This document shows, piece by piece, positions 36,764-50,159 of a DNA stretch of 64,000 nt. How positions within the stretch are numbered: position 1 is the first letter of the stretch; each line of letters opens with the position of its first letter. This DNA is from Stegostoma tigrinum (lineage: Eukaryota). The translations under genes were made by a program, and so were the position numbers. Location: positions 2,088,497 to 2,152,496 of the forward strand of contig NC_081387.1 in NCBI RefSeq assembly GCF_030684315.1, written 5' to 3'. Below the pieces are notes generated by a model. The model did no database searches. It saw only the letters and a list, made by a program, of their open reading frames with translations, and was not told the origin of the DNA.

Positions 36764-38422
36764 ATGTCATCTATGCTCGTGAAACTGCGACACAATGACA
36801 ATGGAGAGAAAATCTTCACAGGTGAGGCATGTAACAAGAAATTCATACAATCATTAGGCTCAGTAAAACACCGAGCAATTCACAAGGGGGCAAAAGCATT
36901 CACATGTCAGGTGTGTGACAAATCGTTCTCATGGTCAGCAGATCTTCATAAACACCAACGCATTCACACAGGTGAGAAACCATTCACATGCAAGGTTTGT
37001 GAAAAATCATTCTCCCATTCATCAAACTTCCGCCGACACCAACGAGTTCACACAGGGGAAAAACCCCACAAGTGCAAGAAATGCAACAAATCATTTTCTG
37101 TCTCATCGAGACTCTTGATCCACCAGAGGATGCACACAGGGAAGAAACCATTTGTGTGTGAGGTGTGTGAAAAGACATTCTTGGAGTCAGCATCTCTTCG
37201 CAGACACCAACGAATTCATACAGGGGAGAAAGCATTCAGATGTGAGGTGTGTGACAAATTGTTCTCTGACTCATCAACACTCCACGTACACCAACGCATT
37301 CACACAGGGGAGAAACCATTCACATGCAAAGTTTGCAAAAAATCATTCTCACATTCATCGCACTTCCGCAGACACCAACGCATTCATACAGGGGAGAAAC
37401 CATTCACATGTGAGGTATGTGACAAATCATTCCTGCAACCTTCAGACCTCCGGATACACCAACGCATTCATACAGGGGAGAAACCATTCACGTGTGAGTG
37501 GTGTGACAAATCTTTCTGTGACCCTTCAAAACTTTTGGTCCACCAGACAATTCATACAGGGGAGAAACCTTTCATTTGCAAGGTATGTAAAAAGTCATTC
37601 TCGCGATCATCAAACCTCCACAAACACCAACGAATTCACACAGGAGAGAAACCATTCACATGTGATGTTTGTGACAAATCGTTCTCAGGCTCATCAACCC
37701 TCCGTGTACACCAACGCCTTCATACAGGGGAGAAACCATTCATATGCAAGGTTTGTGACAAATCATTCTCACAATCATCACATTTCCACGAGCACCAACG
37801 CATTCACACAGGGGAGAAACCATTCACGTGTGATGTGTGTGACAAATCATTCTCTGGCTCATCAACCCTCCGTGTACACCAACGCATTCATACGGGGGAG
37901 AAACCATTCATATGCAAGGTTTGTGAAAAATCATTCTCACAATCATCGCATTTCCGTGAACACCAACGCATTCACACAGGGGAGAAACCATTCACATGCA
38001 AGGTTTGTGAAAAATCATTCTCCCAATCATCACATTTCCACAAGCATCAACGCATTCACACAGGGGAGAAACCATTCACATGCAAGGCTTGTGAAAAAGC
38101 ATTCTCAAGTTCAGCAAATCTCCAAAGACATGAACGAATTCACACAGGGGAGAAACCATTCATGTGTGAGTTTTGCAACAGATCATTTTTTGACTTACCA
38201 AGCCTTTCAATCCACCAAAGTATTCACACAGGAGAGAAACCATTCATGTGTGACTTTTGTGACAAATCATTCTCTACATCATCAAGACTCTTGGTCCACC
38301 AAAGGATTCACACAGGGGAGAAACCATTCACATGCAAGGTTTGTGAAAAATCATTCTCACAATCATCAAACCTCCACAACCACCAACGAATTCACACAGG
38401 AGAGAAACCAATCAACGTGTGA
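36764..38422 (+). CDS. C2H2 zinc-finger protein, 18 intact tandem fingers plus one degenerate N-terminal finger (locus 3)
   Basis: ORF 36755..38422 (first ATG at 36764, MSSMLVKL...). 18 canonical fingers with TGEKP linkers; terminated by a 1-nt insertion near 38411-38417 (ccaatcaacgtgtga vs consensus ccattcacgtgtga). Confidence 0.9.
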   Translation: MSSMLVKLRHNDNGEKIFTGEACNKKFIQSLGSVKHRAIHKGAKAFTCQVCDKSFSWSADLHKHQRIHTGEKPFTCKVCEKSFSHSSNFRRHQRVHTGEKPHKCKKCNKSFSVSSRLLIHQRMHTGKKPFVCEVCEKTFLESASLRRHQRIHTGEKAFRCEVCDKLFSDSSTLHVHQRIHTGEKPFTCKVCKKSFSHSSHFRRHQRIHTGEKPFTCEVCDKSFLQPSDLRIHQRIHTGEKPFTCEWCDKSFCDPSKLLVHQTIHTGEKPFICKVCKKSFSRSSNLHKHQRIHTGEKPFTCDVCDKSFSGSSTLRVHQRLHTGEKPFICKVCDKSFSQSSHFHEHQRIHTGEKPFTCDVCDKSFSGSSTLRVHQRIHTGEKPFICKVCEKSFSQSSHFREHQRIHTGEKPFTCKVCEKSFSQSSHFHKHQRIHTGEKPFTCKACEKAFSSSANLQRHERIHTGEKPFMCEFCNRSFFDLPSLSIHQSIHTGEKPFMCDFCDKSFSTSSRLLVHQRIHTGEKPFTCKVCEKSFSQSSNLHNHQRIHTGEKPINV

Positions 38423-39850
38423 CGTGTGTAAAAAATCATTCTCAGCGTCATCAAATCTCTGCAACCATCAACTATTTCCCACAGGGGAGAAACTATTCAT
38501 AAGTGAGGTGTGTGACAGATCATTCTCTGACTTACCGTGTTCACCACCACATTCACACAGGGAGAAACCCATTCACATGAGGTGTGTTTCAAATCATTCT
38601 TGCAATCTGCCGACCTCTGGACACACCAACATATCCACACATGTGAGTGGCTTGATAACTCGTTCTATAACTCATCAAAACTCTTGGTCGGCCAGATGAT
38701 TCACACAGGCAAGAAACCATTCATGTGTGAGGTATGTGATAAAATATTCTTGAATTCATCAATTCTCCGCAGGCACCAACGGGTTCACACAGGGGAGAAA
38801 TCCCACAAGTGCAAGGAATGTAACAGATCATTCTCAGATTTGTCAAATCTTCAAAGATACCAATGAATTTACACAGGGGAAGCACCATTTACATGCAAGG
38901 TTTGTGAAAAATCTTTCTCATGTTTATCGAACTTCCACATGCACCACCAAATTCATACAGGGGAGAAACTATTCACATGTGAGTTGTGCAACAAATCATT
39001 CTCCGACTCGTCAAGCCTTTTATTTCACCAGAGGATTCACATAGGGGAGAGACAATTCAGATACAAGGTTTATAAAAAAATCATTCCCAGCATTATCAAA
39101 CCTCTGCAACTACAGGGGAGAAACTATTCACATGTGACATGCATGACAAATCATTCTTACAATCTTCACATCTTCGGATACTCCAATGTATCCACATGGG
39201 AGAAACCACTCACATTTAAGTTGTGCATCAAATTATTCTCAGAATCATCAAGATTGTTGCTCCACAAAATAAGTCACGTAGGGAAGGAACCATTCACATG
39301 CAAGATTTGTGAATAACCATTCTCAGCATGATCACACACCAAAGCATTCACACAGGGGAGAAACCTGACACATGCAAGGAAAGCAACAATCTTTCACAGA
39401 GACATCAAAATTTCAAAGATACCATCAAATTCAAACAGTAGAGAAACCAAGTGAGATGTGTGACGAATCATGTTTAGACTCATCAACCCTCTGGAAATAC
39501 TAATAAATTCACACAGGAGAGAAAGCATTCATGTGTGAGGTGTCTGATAAATCATTCTGAATGTCATCACATCACTACAGGTTCTAATGCATTCACACAA
39601 GGGAGAAACCATTTATGCACAAGGTGTGAGATAAACTATTCATCTAATCTCCTGCTCCATCAGAGATTGAAAAAGTTCCTTTTTTAAGTGGGAGGTTTCC
39701 AATAAAAGTATTGTGATTTCTTCAAGCCTGTAACATGAGAGGATTCGGAAAGTAACAAACTTTTCAGGTGTGATTGTGTAACAAAGCTTTCACCGCGACT
39801 CCAAACTGAGCTCCAGAGGACCCACACTGGACAGAAACCACTCAAGTGTG
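38423..39850 (+). pseudogene. Decayed zinc-finger array downstream of the locus 3 stop
   Basis: Continued ~84-bp periodicity (cacacaggggagaaacc, tgtgacaaatcattctc) with stops, frameshifts and lost Cys/His; fragments appear in ORFs 38537 and 38939. Confidence 0.85.
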
Positions 39851-41377
39851 TTCTAGTGGTATATGATCTAAAGTTGATAAAACTGCCACTTGGGGCCTTT
39901 TTTTTTTAGCTAACAAGATATAGCTTAAAGGGTTTGACAGGTACATACAGCATATGTTCACAGCTAGACTTGTGGTCTGCACATGGAGCTACTGGATAAG
40001 AAGAGATTCTCAGTCAGAACAAACATCAGGGAAGTCAATCAGTTTTCTGTCAACAGACAGTTCTAAATATATAAGTGTTTTAACAACGAGCATTTTCGAA
40101 AGGACTTGATTAGCCACAGGCCCAAGCTTGTTATCAGTAACAAGTAAACGTCTCAACCGAGAATATTCTGAATGTTTTATGTAACTGTAGAATTAGAAAG
40201 GCAAACAACAAATTGGTATGAAAATATTAATTGCATTCCTTGAGCAAATGTTTGTAGGCAGTGAAGAGGTCAAGTGCATTGTTAGGGAAGATAAAATCAA
40301 TTAATGGTGTAAAAATGTGTAACAGTCCAAAAAACCATTGGCACAGGAAGATGCCAGACAAAATTTGTGAAAAGCGAGACCACGACTGGGGAGAGAGATA
40401 AACAATTGAAGTTTACGTGTAGATGTAGATAATTTGAACAAGTTATTATACCCTAAGATCAAGGGAAAAGTGACAAATGCAGATGACAAAACACGGAATG
40501 AAGATGTGGATATGCTCCCAGTTGTTTGTGGAATTTAAACAGTTCATTTAAAGACTTGATAATGTTGTGAACTGACTGAATTTCAGCCTCAATCAGTGGA
40601 ATTCAAACAGACGCTTTTTACTGAAAAAAGATAATTGGTAATGAAAAATTTTTAAGAGTAAAAACAGGAAAGATGTATCTAAGAATGAAACTTTAGTTTA
40701 AAATTTATCTTCAGCAGTGGTACTCAGAAGGACTGGTTGGTTTGGTTGATCACTCAGGCTGAAGCGAGAGAGGGTTTGTTCTCAATTTGTCAGCTGTGTC
40801 AAGAATTGTATTAGAGTTGATCTTAAAGTCTTTATAATAATTGGTAGAAATGAATACCCTTCCTGATCTGCCGTACTAAAGTTAGTCCTGAATTTGGAAG
40901 TGTTCTTAGCAATAAGCAAGTATTTAGGTCACTGATAAATGTCTGGGAAGGAATAAAAGTGTCAGAAGTGTTGTGAGATCCCAAAGACAAATGATGGAGG
41001 TATCTGGTGGTCATCAGATTATGGGAGGATATCAGGCTGTTCCTTCAGTTGTACATCATTTATTGTGTGTTACTGGATTGGATATATTGATTAGGGGGAT
41101 GTAGCTCAATGGCATCTATGTTGCATGTAATTATTGGAACACAAAATGTTGAAAAGGTATAAAAATGTTGTATTTAACTGGGGAACCAAGAGTGTCACTG
41201 ACCTCTGTTCTGATCTGAGTTCTCATAAGAAGGCAATTGAGCCCCACATAAACGCCAGATTCAGAGTGGTCTCTTGGCTGCCCCACATACATGACAAAAG
41301 AGCTCTGAATAAAGATCATTTGCACTGGTGAACACAGAACCCGAGACTTATCTTTGATTTTTCTCCCCTCAACAAGG

Positions 41378-41560
41378 CATGTGGTGTGTGATAAGGCTTT
41401 CATACAGTCAGAGTATTTCCTAATCCATAAAGACATCCATGAGAATCTCTATTGGCTTTAGTTCTGTAAGGAAGCCTTCAAATACTTGTCCTGGAACATG
41501 AAGCGCACCCACATGGGCATCAAACCCGAACACAATGATATGCCAGGATTGTTTCACCTC
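41378..41560 (+). pseudogene. Isolated, highly degenerate C2H2 finger relic
   Basis: Frame from 41381 reads VVCDKAFIQSEYFLIHKDIH...*FCKEAFKYLSWNMKRTHMGIKP and is preceded by a pyrimidine tract + AG. Confidence 0.45.
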
Positions 41561-44500
41561 ATCTTTCTCACACACGATGTCTCCCCACAGTCTTTGGGTC
41601 AGTTGGCCTACATCCGTTGCACTGAGAGTTGACTGTTTCTCATCGTCCAGTGCTCACATAGGGGAACTGTCATTATAAAGTACTGGCTGTCTCAGCCGTA
41701 TCTGCCTAAATCATTTCTCATTGTCAATCCAGTTGGTTCAAGGAAGTCAATTTAACCGTTGACCAAATTGCAGAAACATAGCCTTCAAAGGTGGATGTAC
41801 CTAAGGCCAGAGGTCTTGGAGAGATATGGGACCAGAGTGCCAAAGATAGAGAGGGGGTGAGGCCATGGAAAATTCTGTACTTGAGTATGAGAATTTTAAA
41901 ATTGGAGGCTCTGAAGGACTGGGAACAATGTACAGGTCAAGTGCAAGCGTGATAGGTGTGTGTGTGAAGGTATAGCATGCAAAGTTTTAGCTGAGTTGAA
42001 GTTTATAGAGGGTGGAAGATGGGAAGCTGGACAGGAAAACATTGGAATGGTGTAGTCTAGTCTGGAAACAACAACATCATGGATGAGGATTTCTTCAGCC
42101 GATGAACTAATGTGAGGCTAGGGATGTTAGAAATGCTCTGTAGGGGGAAGCAGATTATCTTGTGATGGAGAGGGTATAGGATTGGAAGCTCATCTGGAAT
42201 TTCAAAAGGATTACACTGACCAATTGTTGTTGCAGATGGGAGTGGAGAGGGCAATCAAGAAAAGAATTATGGATATGTAAGAACTGGAGTGATCTATTCA
42301 TGTTGGTAAACTATGCAGTCAGATCACAGTTGATCTGAATCTTAATCGTATTGACTTGCCATGACTCTGTCATCCTTAATTCCCCTGTCATAGTTCGATC
42401 AGACCATGGGATTGCTCTGTCATTCAAGAGAGAGAACTAGTGGTGGTGTGACAAAAGGGTCACCATGCCTCATGAGAGGAGAGGTTGAGGAGACCTTCAT
42501 GGTAATGTGCAAGAATTGAACCGATGATGTTGGCATAATTCTGCATAACAGCTGCCCAGCCAACTGAGACCCACTGACACTTTGCTGCAGTAAGGAGGCT
42601 TGAGTGTTCTGTTGACCCCGAGAGTGATACCATAAGGAGTTCTCAGCTCCTGGGAGGCCGCTATGCAGGTAAGGTCAGAGGGGAAGAACAAAACAAAGCA
42701 TAATCCAAAACAAATCATCAGCGGCTTTAGGTAGAAGATATGTGATATCAGTGGCTGTGATATTGGATGATCCCAAGTCATCAAGTTTTCCTTGCTCATA
42801 GTACCGGATCTATCATCTGTCAAGGAACAACAGCATTGACACATTAAAACACATTCCCACAAGTTGTCTATCTAGAAGAATTTAAATCCTACACCCCAAC
42901 CACACTCACACAAAACACTAGCCCTACAGTGATCAGCAATGGTGATGGGCACATTGTTTTCCTCTTGGAATGGAAACAGGAGAGTGTTTGAGCAGCTCTC
43001 TTTATGATTGAGCAGCATTCCTCAGGATCCACTCTGCTCACTGGACATGGAGAAAGTGCCTAAAAATATTCTGTTCTGTCACCAACTTGACTGAAAATCA
43101 CATCCAGCAGGTTTATCTGTCTGAGTCCGAAAACCAAAGTCAAACATATTTGCAGAGTCTGTAAGATACTTAAATTCATAGATAAGGAGATAAGCAATGG
43201 TCCAGAATGAGGAACTATCTTGTTGCCATGAACCCAGGTACTGCATCATTGACATCGCTGCCCTGCAGCAGATGCAAAGAGCAAGTACAGGGCAGCAAAG
43301 GGAAGAAGGTGGTCGTTCCACATTTTTCTGGAGAGGAGAAGATGAGAATCAAGCAGGACACATGGAATTCATGTTCAAGAATAAACTCAAACCAAAGATA
43401 TTGTTGTGAAAGCAAAAAAGAAAACAACATTCTGCATAGCACACAATTAAGTGGTATGAGTTCTGTGCAATGTTGCATGACCAGATACATAGGCCATACA
43501 TCTCAGCAACATATCAACTATCAAACAACACATCCCTTTATTGTTTGGCAGTGGGCAAGATGCAAATTATGCTGTACCAGCCTTGACTTGCTAAACGTTG
43601 ATTACAGTGTCCAGCACGAGATGAGATTCGGCTCTTGAACAACATATTACCAAACGATCCAGACTGTGCTAGGAATTACACTGGAAACAAATCTAAAATT
43701 ATCAGTCAGGCTCGGAGTGTGCTTTCATTGCATATTCATGCTGCAGACATCAGAGATTCATTTCATATTCTGGGAAAAATCATCATTTAATTTTTGTTTG
43801 TTTTGATTCGTTACAAGTTTTGAATGAGTTCAAATTTTCCTTATGTGATTTCAATCTTCTTTGTGGATTTATATCTCAGAATAAATGTGATTTTGTTTTA
43901 CCCAAACAAAGTGATTTATCAGCATTGGCTATTGCCGTTCATTGAAACTGTCAGATGTCCTAAACAGAATATATTGGCCATTTGTCACAGTGGCCTAGTG
44001 CACTTTTTAAAATCAGTGTTTTATCATTTCCGGAAGAAAAAAATCTTACATTTTTACGTCAACTTGCATAAATACATGCAATCCGAAAGCAATTTTCAGT
44101 TAGTAAAGCACTTTTGAATGTGTTGGCGCTCGTAAGAATATTAGCAGTCAATTTACATACAGTGTTCTGAACCTGTTGGAGGCCATTAATGCTTAGGGAG
44201 AAATACCAATGTTCCAGGATTAACCGATAGATTGACACCATAATATTTCTCATTTTGAAGCAAGGTCAAGCATTATTGTACATGAAAATGTAAATAGAGC
44301 AAACATTCACACCATATTAGTGGTTCTACTTCTTACTCATCATTTCTCTGTGCAATACAAGAATCTTCAAAGCATTCACTAGTTTAGAGACCAGATCAAA
44401 GATGTGCCTCAACCCTCTGAGGTATTTTTACTACTTCAGGAGTTTGGATGCCCTAGTTTTGTGTTCAGTTTGTCTTCCCACAACTCACAAAGATATGTCA

Positions 44501-44899
44501 TTAGGTAGACTGTCAGTGCTAAATTGCCTATAGTGTCCAGGGACATGTAAGTTAGGAGGATTAGTTATGGAAAATGCAGGATTACAGGGATACGGTAGGG
44601 GTGAGTCTGGGCGTGATCCTTTTCGAAGAGTCTGTATGGACCTGTTGGGCCAAATGGCCTGTTTCTGCATGGTAGGGATTCTGTGATTCTATGAACTCTG
44701 CTGACTGTTTCTGCCACATGGCTCTCTGAGGACCACTGTAGAGTTCTTCCTCTGTCTTCAAACAAGGCAAAGCCTTCAGTTACTGTTCCCTTACATTAGC
44801 CCAACTGAGCTTGAATTTCACATCAATTTCAAGTATTGGATCCCTGCGATTAAGCGTAAAGTATTGGCTTCGGTAGAGGATTGTCTGACAGACAGAAAG

Positions 44900-45578
44900 C
44901 AGAAGTTCATGATAAATGGGTCCTTCTCTGAATGCTGTAACTATTGGAGGCCACAGGCTTGAATTCTCGGACCTCAACTATTTACAGTCTGTATAAATGA
45001 TCTGCAAGCAGGGACAGAGAGGAATAGAACAAAATTTGCGATGATACTAAAATTTTTGGGGAAGCAGGCTGTGATGAAGAGATAAAATGTTTACAGACAG
45101 ATATTGATAGGCAAGGAGAATAGGCAAGAACCTGGCAGATTGCATTCAATGTGGATAAGTGCGAGGTTGACCACTTTGGCTGGAAAAATAAATGGGCAAA
45201 TTATTATTTAAATAGCAAGTGAATTCAAAGTGCATAATTACAGAAGGATGTGGGCATCATTTAAGCATGAATTATATTAAGTAGATATACAGGTGCAACA
45301 TTTAATTAAAAAGGCAAATGGAATCCTGGCATTTATTGCAAAAGGCCTGGATTATAGAAGTTAAGGCATGTTGTTAATTTTCTATAAGGGATTGGTGAGA
45401 GCATACCTGGATGTTTTGTGTGTGTTGTCCCTGCATGAGGAAGGATGTGGTGGCACTGGAAGCAGTTCAGACAAGATTCATCAGACTGATTCCAAGAATG
45501 AAAGTGCTATCAGACCAGGAGTAGTGGAATAGCTTGAGGATGTACTCGCGAGGTTTCAGAAGAATGAGGGGCAATCAA
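44900..45578 (+). mobile_element. CR1-type LINE RT fragment
   Basis: LGPQLFTVCINDL, FNVDKCEV and EAVQTRFIRLIP motifs. Confidence 0.7.
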
Positions 45579-46439
45579 TTGAAGGGTCTCTGGATCCAAA
45601 ATGATAAGTTTCATTTCTCTTCACAGATGCTGCCAGTTCTGCTGAACTTTACCAACAACTTCTATTTTTGATACTCAGGATAGTGGTGCTCACAGACAGA
45701 GAGTACAAACATTCTCCATGGTTATAGTCAAACGTCCATTATCTGAAGAGGATCTATCTATAACTTACATCACCAACTGATTATACCCACTCCTGAAAGC
45801 TGCATTCACTTTACTAATATACACATTGGGGAAATAGTTCAGACAGAAGTTTCTTCAAAATCCCCCGTGCTTTAGTCTGGTTCTCTCAATTCCAATGGTC
45901 AGAAATGACACTGAACTTTAGTGACACAGGATAGAGCTCATTGCCATCAAACAAACCCAGCAGTGGTTATAGAGATCAAGTGATCATTACGGTCCATGAA
46001 CCAATCAGCTTCCATTCTAAGAAGGCCCTCTTCCCCCAGGACAGTGCTTTCTAATTCACAACTTTCTGCCCCTTGACTCTCTATATTCACCACAATGCTT
46101 CTGCAGTTGTCAATCTTGCTGAACTAATCCCTCATATTACCTTCTCCGTACATGATCTAAGTGAATGGTGCAACAGAATCAATAGATTACACCAATTCCT
46201 ATATTTGTCACGTTCCTCTTGATTGCCTGCTTCATGCTCATCCCAGTGTCAGTCAGTGTCGTCTTCTTCAACCTCCAGCTGACTCTCTGTCCCCATACTC
46301 TCTCCATGACAAAGATAACCTACCCCCACCTCTGTGACATCACCCAGTTAAAAACTGCCCATCCCACATTATTTCATCTGCTGTTGAACTTCTCTTCCAG
46401 CCTGTTGTTGCTTCAACATGAGAACATTTCAATGCTTTA

Positions 46440-47730
46440 CTATCCAGAAGAGTTCAGCCAATATCTGGTGGTGACCTTTATTCAGGACAATCACCCTTGC
46501 ACAGTAATATGCCACCGTGTAAGGTGATCTGGTCTGCCTGGTTTCAAAAAGGTTTCAGTCCTGTTTGTGATGGCTCTTCTGTTTACCCCATTACCACCAG
46601 CTGTTTCAGTTTAACTAGGACTGGATCTTTTCATGTCCACAGTCAGATATTGTCGGTGATGACTGGAAGACTGTCCAGAAAGTTTAAAATCAGAACGGAT
46701 TCTTCCAGGGGAGGCATGACCAGTGGCACATCTGCCATTGGAAGGCGGGTAAAGGCATCCATGTTAGCAACTTGGACTCCTGGACAGTGTTCTAACTTGT
46801 ACTTGTATGTGCCGAGAATAAGAGCCCGGTGCTGAATTCTACTAGAAGCTATGGGCAGCACTGCCTTGTCTTCTTCAGTAGCCCTAGCAAGGGTTTCTGA
46901 TCTGTCACTATGACAAATTCCCTTCTGCAAAGCTACTGCTGCAATTTCTTCACACCAAAGACAATCGCTAAACCTTCAGAGATAGTAGGAACTGCAGATG
47001 TTGGAGAATCTGAGATAACAAAGTGGAGAGCTGAATGAACACAGCAGGCCAAGCAGCTTCAGAGGAACAGGAAAGGTGATGTTTCGGGCGTGGACCCGTC
47101 ATCAGAAATGGGGGAGAGGAAGGGGGTTCTGAAATAATTAGGGCGAGAGGGGGAGGTGGATAGAAGACGGACAGAGGAGACGATAGGTGGAGAGGAGACA
47201 GACCGGTCAAGGAGGCGGGGATGGATGAGAGCGTTGCAGTGGGAGAGAGATCCACTGAGGTTTTTCTGGAGGGAGGAGGGTAACTTCTAAACCTTACTTC
47301 TCTCTTTGCGCATACTTATGTTTGGCATCAGCTGAAGTTCAGGAAGCAAATGCTATCAGATGTTCATCTCTGTGGGGCCACCAGTGAGCCAACACTACCC
47401 TGATACCACATCACATATCAGGACCACTTCTCACTTCAGACTGTAGTCGGCCAACACCTTAGATGATGATAGCTGCTTTTTCACGTCCCTAAAGGATTCT
47501 TGGTTTTGCAAACATTCCTCAGTCTGACCCGTTTTCAACAGCAGGTGTAAGGGTGCCAAGATGGATGCCAGTTTACGTATGATACACTAACGCAAGGAGA
47601 AACCAAAGGTCTGGTACAGACATGGGAGCCAGGGCTCCATTGATCATCCTCACTCTCTCCCCCAAGGGGGTTTAATCCAGTTTTGTGAACTCTTTAACCT
47701 GAGTAGGTCGCTTGAGGTGCCTGGACTCCT
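46440..47730 (-). mobile_element. Gypsy/Ty3 pol relic (RT connection, RNase H, start of integrase), interrupted by a Penelope terminus
   Basis: ASSRIQHRALILGTYKYKLEHCPGVQVANMDAFTRLP is a Gypsy RNase H C-terminal motif; KLASILAPLHLLLK-like segment at ~47540-47575. Confidence 0.7.
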
Positions 47731-47979
47731 ACATACATGAGGCATTTTTGGTCTATGCCCTGCACTTTCAGCCTACACACAGCCCTTTTCTCCTACACAC
47801 AGAGCTGTCTGTCCCCACTCAAAGTGTGGGGTACACACACTGAAACAACAGCACAAAGGCAGGGTCGCATCACCTAGTCACCCTTCATCTTCTCAGTGTA
47901 CAGTACACAGGCTGTGGGCAGCATACGCAGAGTCAGTTCTCCTGAGGAGATTTTAACCACCTGGCTATATATTTTTCCT

Positions 47980-48076
47980 AGATAACAAAGTGTGAAGCTG
48001 GATGAACACGGCAGGCCAAGCAGCATCTCAGGAGCACAAGAGCTGACGTTTCGGGCCTAGACCCTTCCATCAGAGA
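47980..48076 (-). mobile_element. 97-bp Penelope terminus insertion with perfect 16-bp TSD
   Basis: GCTATATATTTTTCCT at 47964-47979 and 48077-48092. Confidence 0.8.
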
Positions 48077-48948
48077 GCTATATATTTTTCCTTTTATTTT
48101 TTCTCCTGGTTATGTTGGTCAGCCAAGGCTTCCCTGACTGGCCCAGGTTAACAACCCCAACCAAGAAGCTTGTGGTCAATGTGGTCCACTTGGTTCTAAT
48201 TACTACACTGTCCTAACTCACACACACCTGACTTCTGTGCTCATTGACTGACATTGGTTCCCAGTCACTCAATACCTCGAATGTAAAATTCTCATCTTCA
48301 AGAACAAAGGCGTCACAAACTCCTTATCTTTGTCACTTTCTGCCCTTTCTCCCTCCAAAATCTCTGTGTTGCTCCAATTCTGCCCAATTTCCTTCACTCC
48401 CCCATTCATGGCATTGTGCATCCAACCTCCAAACTGAAGAATTCCCTCCTTAAGTTTCTCTGTGTTTTTATTTTTTTAATCCCATTGTTTTGATTATTTA
48501 TTTCTTTGTCCTTTTGTAATATCTACTTGTCTCCCTCCATGTTAGTTTTTGTTTGCTTACATGACTGTGAAGTATTTGGTTGTATTTTACAACATTAAAG
48601 TTTTCAATAAATGCTGGTTGTTGTTCTGTCATAATCCTTCCAATTCTCAAGGAACTGAGCTGAAGGACAGATGGTGGTATTGATTGGCCTCTAGTGGTCT
48701 GTTTGAGTGGCCATTCAGCATGTGGAGAGCCAGACAGTGAATGCTGTGAGACAATGGAGACTGTCACAGCGTAGACGTTGATGCAAAGTGAGGTACCTCC
48801 ATTACTATCCCAGAAGTGGCTTCTCCTTTGGGTACTTGTGCAGGTTGATCAGAAGCTGAAGCCTTTTTAACCACTAAGTATCTGATTGTCTTGTTAGTCA
48901 GAGTGAAAGTCAGTTTGTGACTAGTACCTGGCGCTGCATTGAAAGGAA

Positions 48949-50153
48949 GCTGAGTCTGGGATGTTCTCCATCTTGTCTGTACGATGGAATCTGAATGTTG
49001 CCTGTGTTTTCAAATCCCTCCATAATATCACATTTTTCCCAAATCTCCCTCCCCTGGCATTTCCATTGACCTCTTCAAAAAGGAAAAAAGACAGGCTTTC
49101 GCAACCATTAGATATTTCAAAGCACTTTATAGTCATTGAATTTTTTTGAAGGAGAGTCACTGTTCTAATACAAGGAATATGGCAACCATATTCCTTCTGT
49201 GCATATATATGTCTTCTTGCGGTGATGTTTGGCAATTTGTGAAAGATTAAATAGACCTTCTTGAAACAATTGGCTGGATGATGGGAGAATGCAGCTCCAT
49301 GATCACCTCTATTCACACCGTGTTGGAGCCAGCACACGAGAGTAAAATACAATGTCAAAGTGTCTTCAGGCGAAAATATTGAGAGGATGATCAAACCTGG
49401 CTTAGTCCGGAGGAGCTGGGAGAGTTACCCTCCAGACCACTCCAATCCTGCCCACTGTTGAGAAGTTTAAGTCAGGAATGTATGATGAACACAAATTGTG
49501 GAAGATTACGTTTTGAACCATCTTTCTAAGTAAAGGTAAAACACAATGTCTTCACAGAGGTGCCTGGTTGGTGCCTATAAACTCCGCCTGGTAACTGACT
49601 AGGTGGTCTGCTTACCATAGCAACAGTTTGGGACTTGCTGAAAAATTATCACACCTGAAAAAAAAGCAAGCATGTCAAGGGCTGGCTGGGTAGACTTTGT
49701 GTGTCTGAAATATATACAAAGAGGCAGAGTTGCAAGACCAAGGACTGCAGCCAGTGTGGCTTTTGGAGTGGAGAGGGTGTCCTTTCTGTGGGCTGCCAGT
49801 CAGAAAGTGGGAAGGAACAAGGCCACTGCTTGAAGTTACACATACTGGGACAATCTAAAGATCTGGAAGATTCATTCTGGTGAGGCCAGAATGCACACTT
49901 ACTGTGCACACGTTGTTTGCCATATTCCTTGTATTAGAACAGCGACTATACTTCAAAAAACTTCAATGACTATGAAGTGCTTTGAAATATCCAATGGTTG
50001 TGAAAGCCTGTCTTTCTTCTTTTTTGAAGAGGTCAATGGAAATGCCAGGGGAGGGAGATTTGGGAACAGTGTGATATTATGGAGGGATTTGAAAACACAG
50101 GCGACATTCAGATTCCATCGCACAGACAAGATGGAGAACATGCCAAACTCAGC
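48949..50153. repeat. Inverted repeat, 237-bp arms (48949-49185 / 49917-50153)
   Basis: ORF track shows mirror translations (48961+ vs 49953-); arms are roughly 90% identical by eye. Confidence 0.9.
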
Positions 50154-50159
50154 CAATAG

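Noticed and set aside
36890-38420. Regularly spaced conserved repeats resembling a CRISPR array
   Set aside because: The period is 84 bp and encodes HTGEKP linkers; eukaryotic context, no cas genes.
37152-38699. 515-aa alternative-frame ORF (also 7850-8632, 36915-37118 and 63667-63990)
   Set aside because: Shadow frame of the 84-bp finger repeat ([12 protein letters not shown] periodicity); stop-poor because of repeat codon bias. Its end simply reads the post-frameshift dead fingers.
39701-39706. AATAAA as the locus 3 poly(A) signal (also 9282-9287 for locus 1)
   Set aside because: The hexamer alone is common in this AT-rich sequence, and 39701 lies inside a decayed finger; unsupported without transcripts.
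43430-43760. Possible further GIY-YIG relic (CCMTRYIGHTSQ)
   Set aside because: Too short and degenerate to call confidently by eye.
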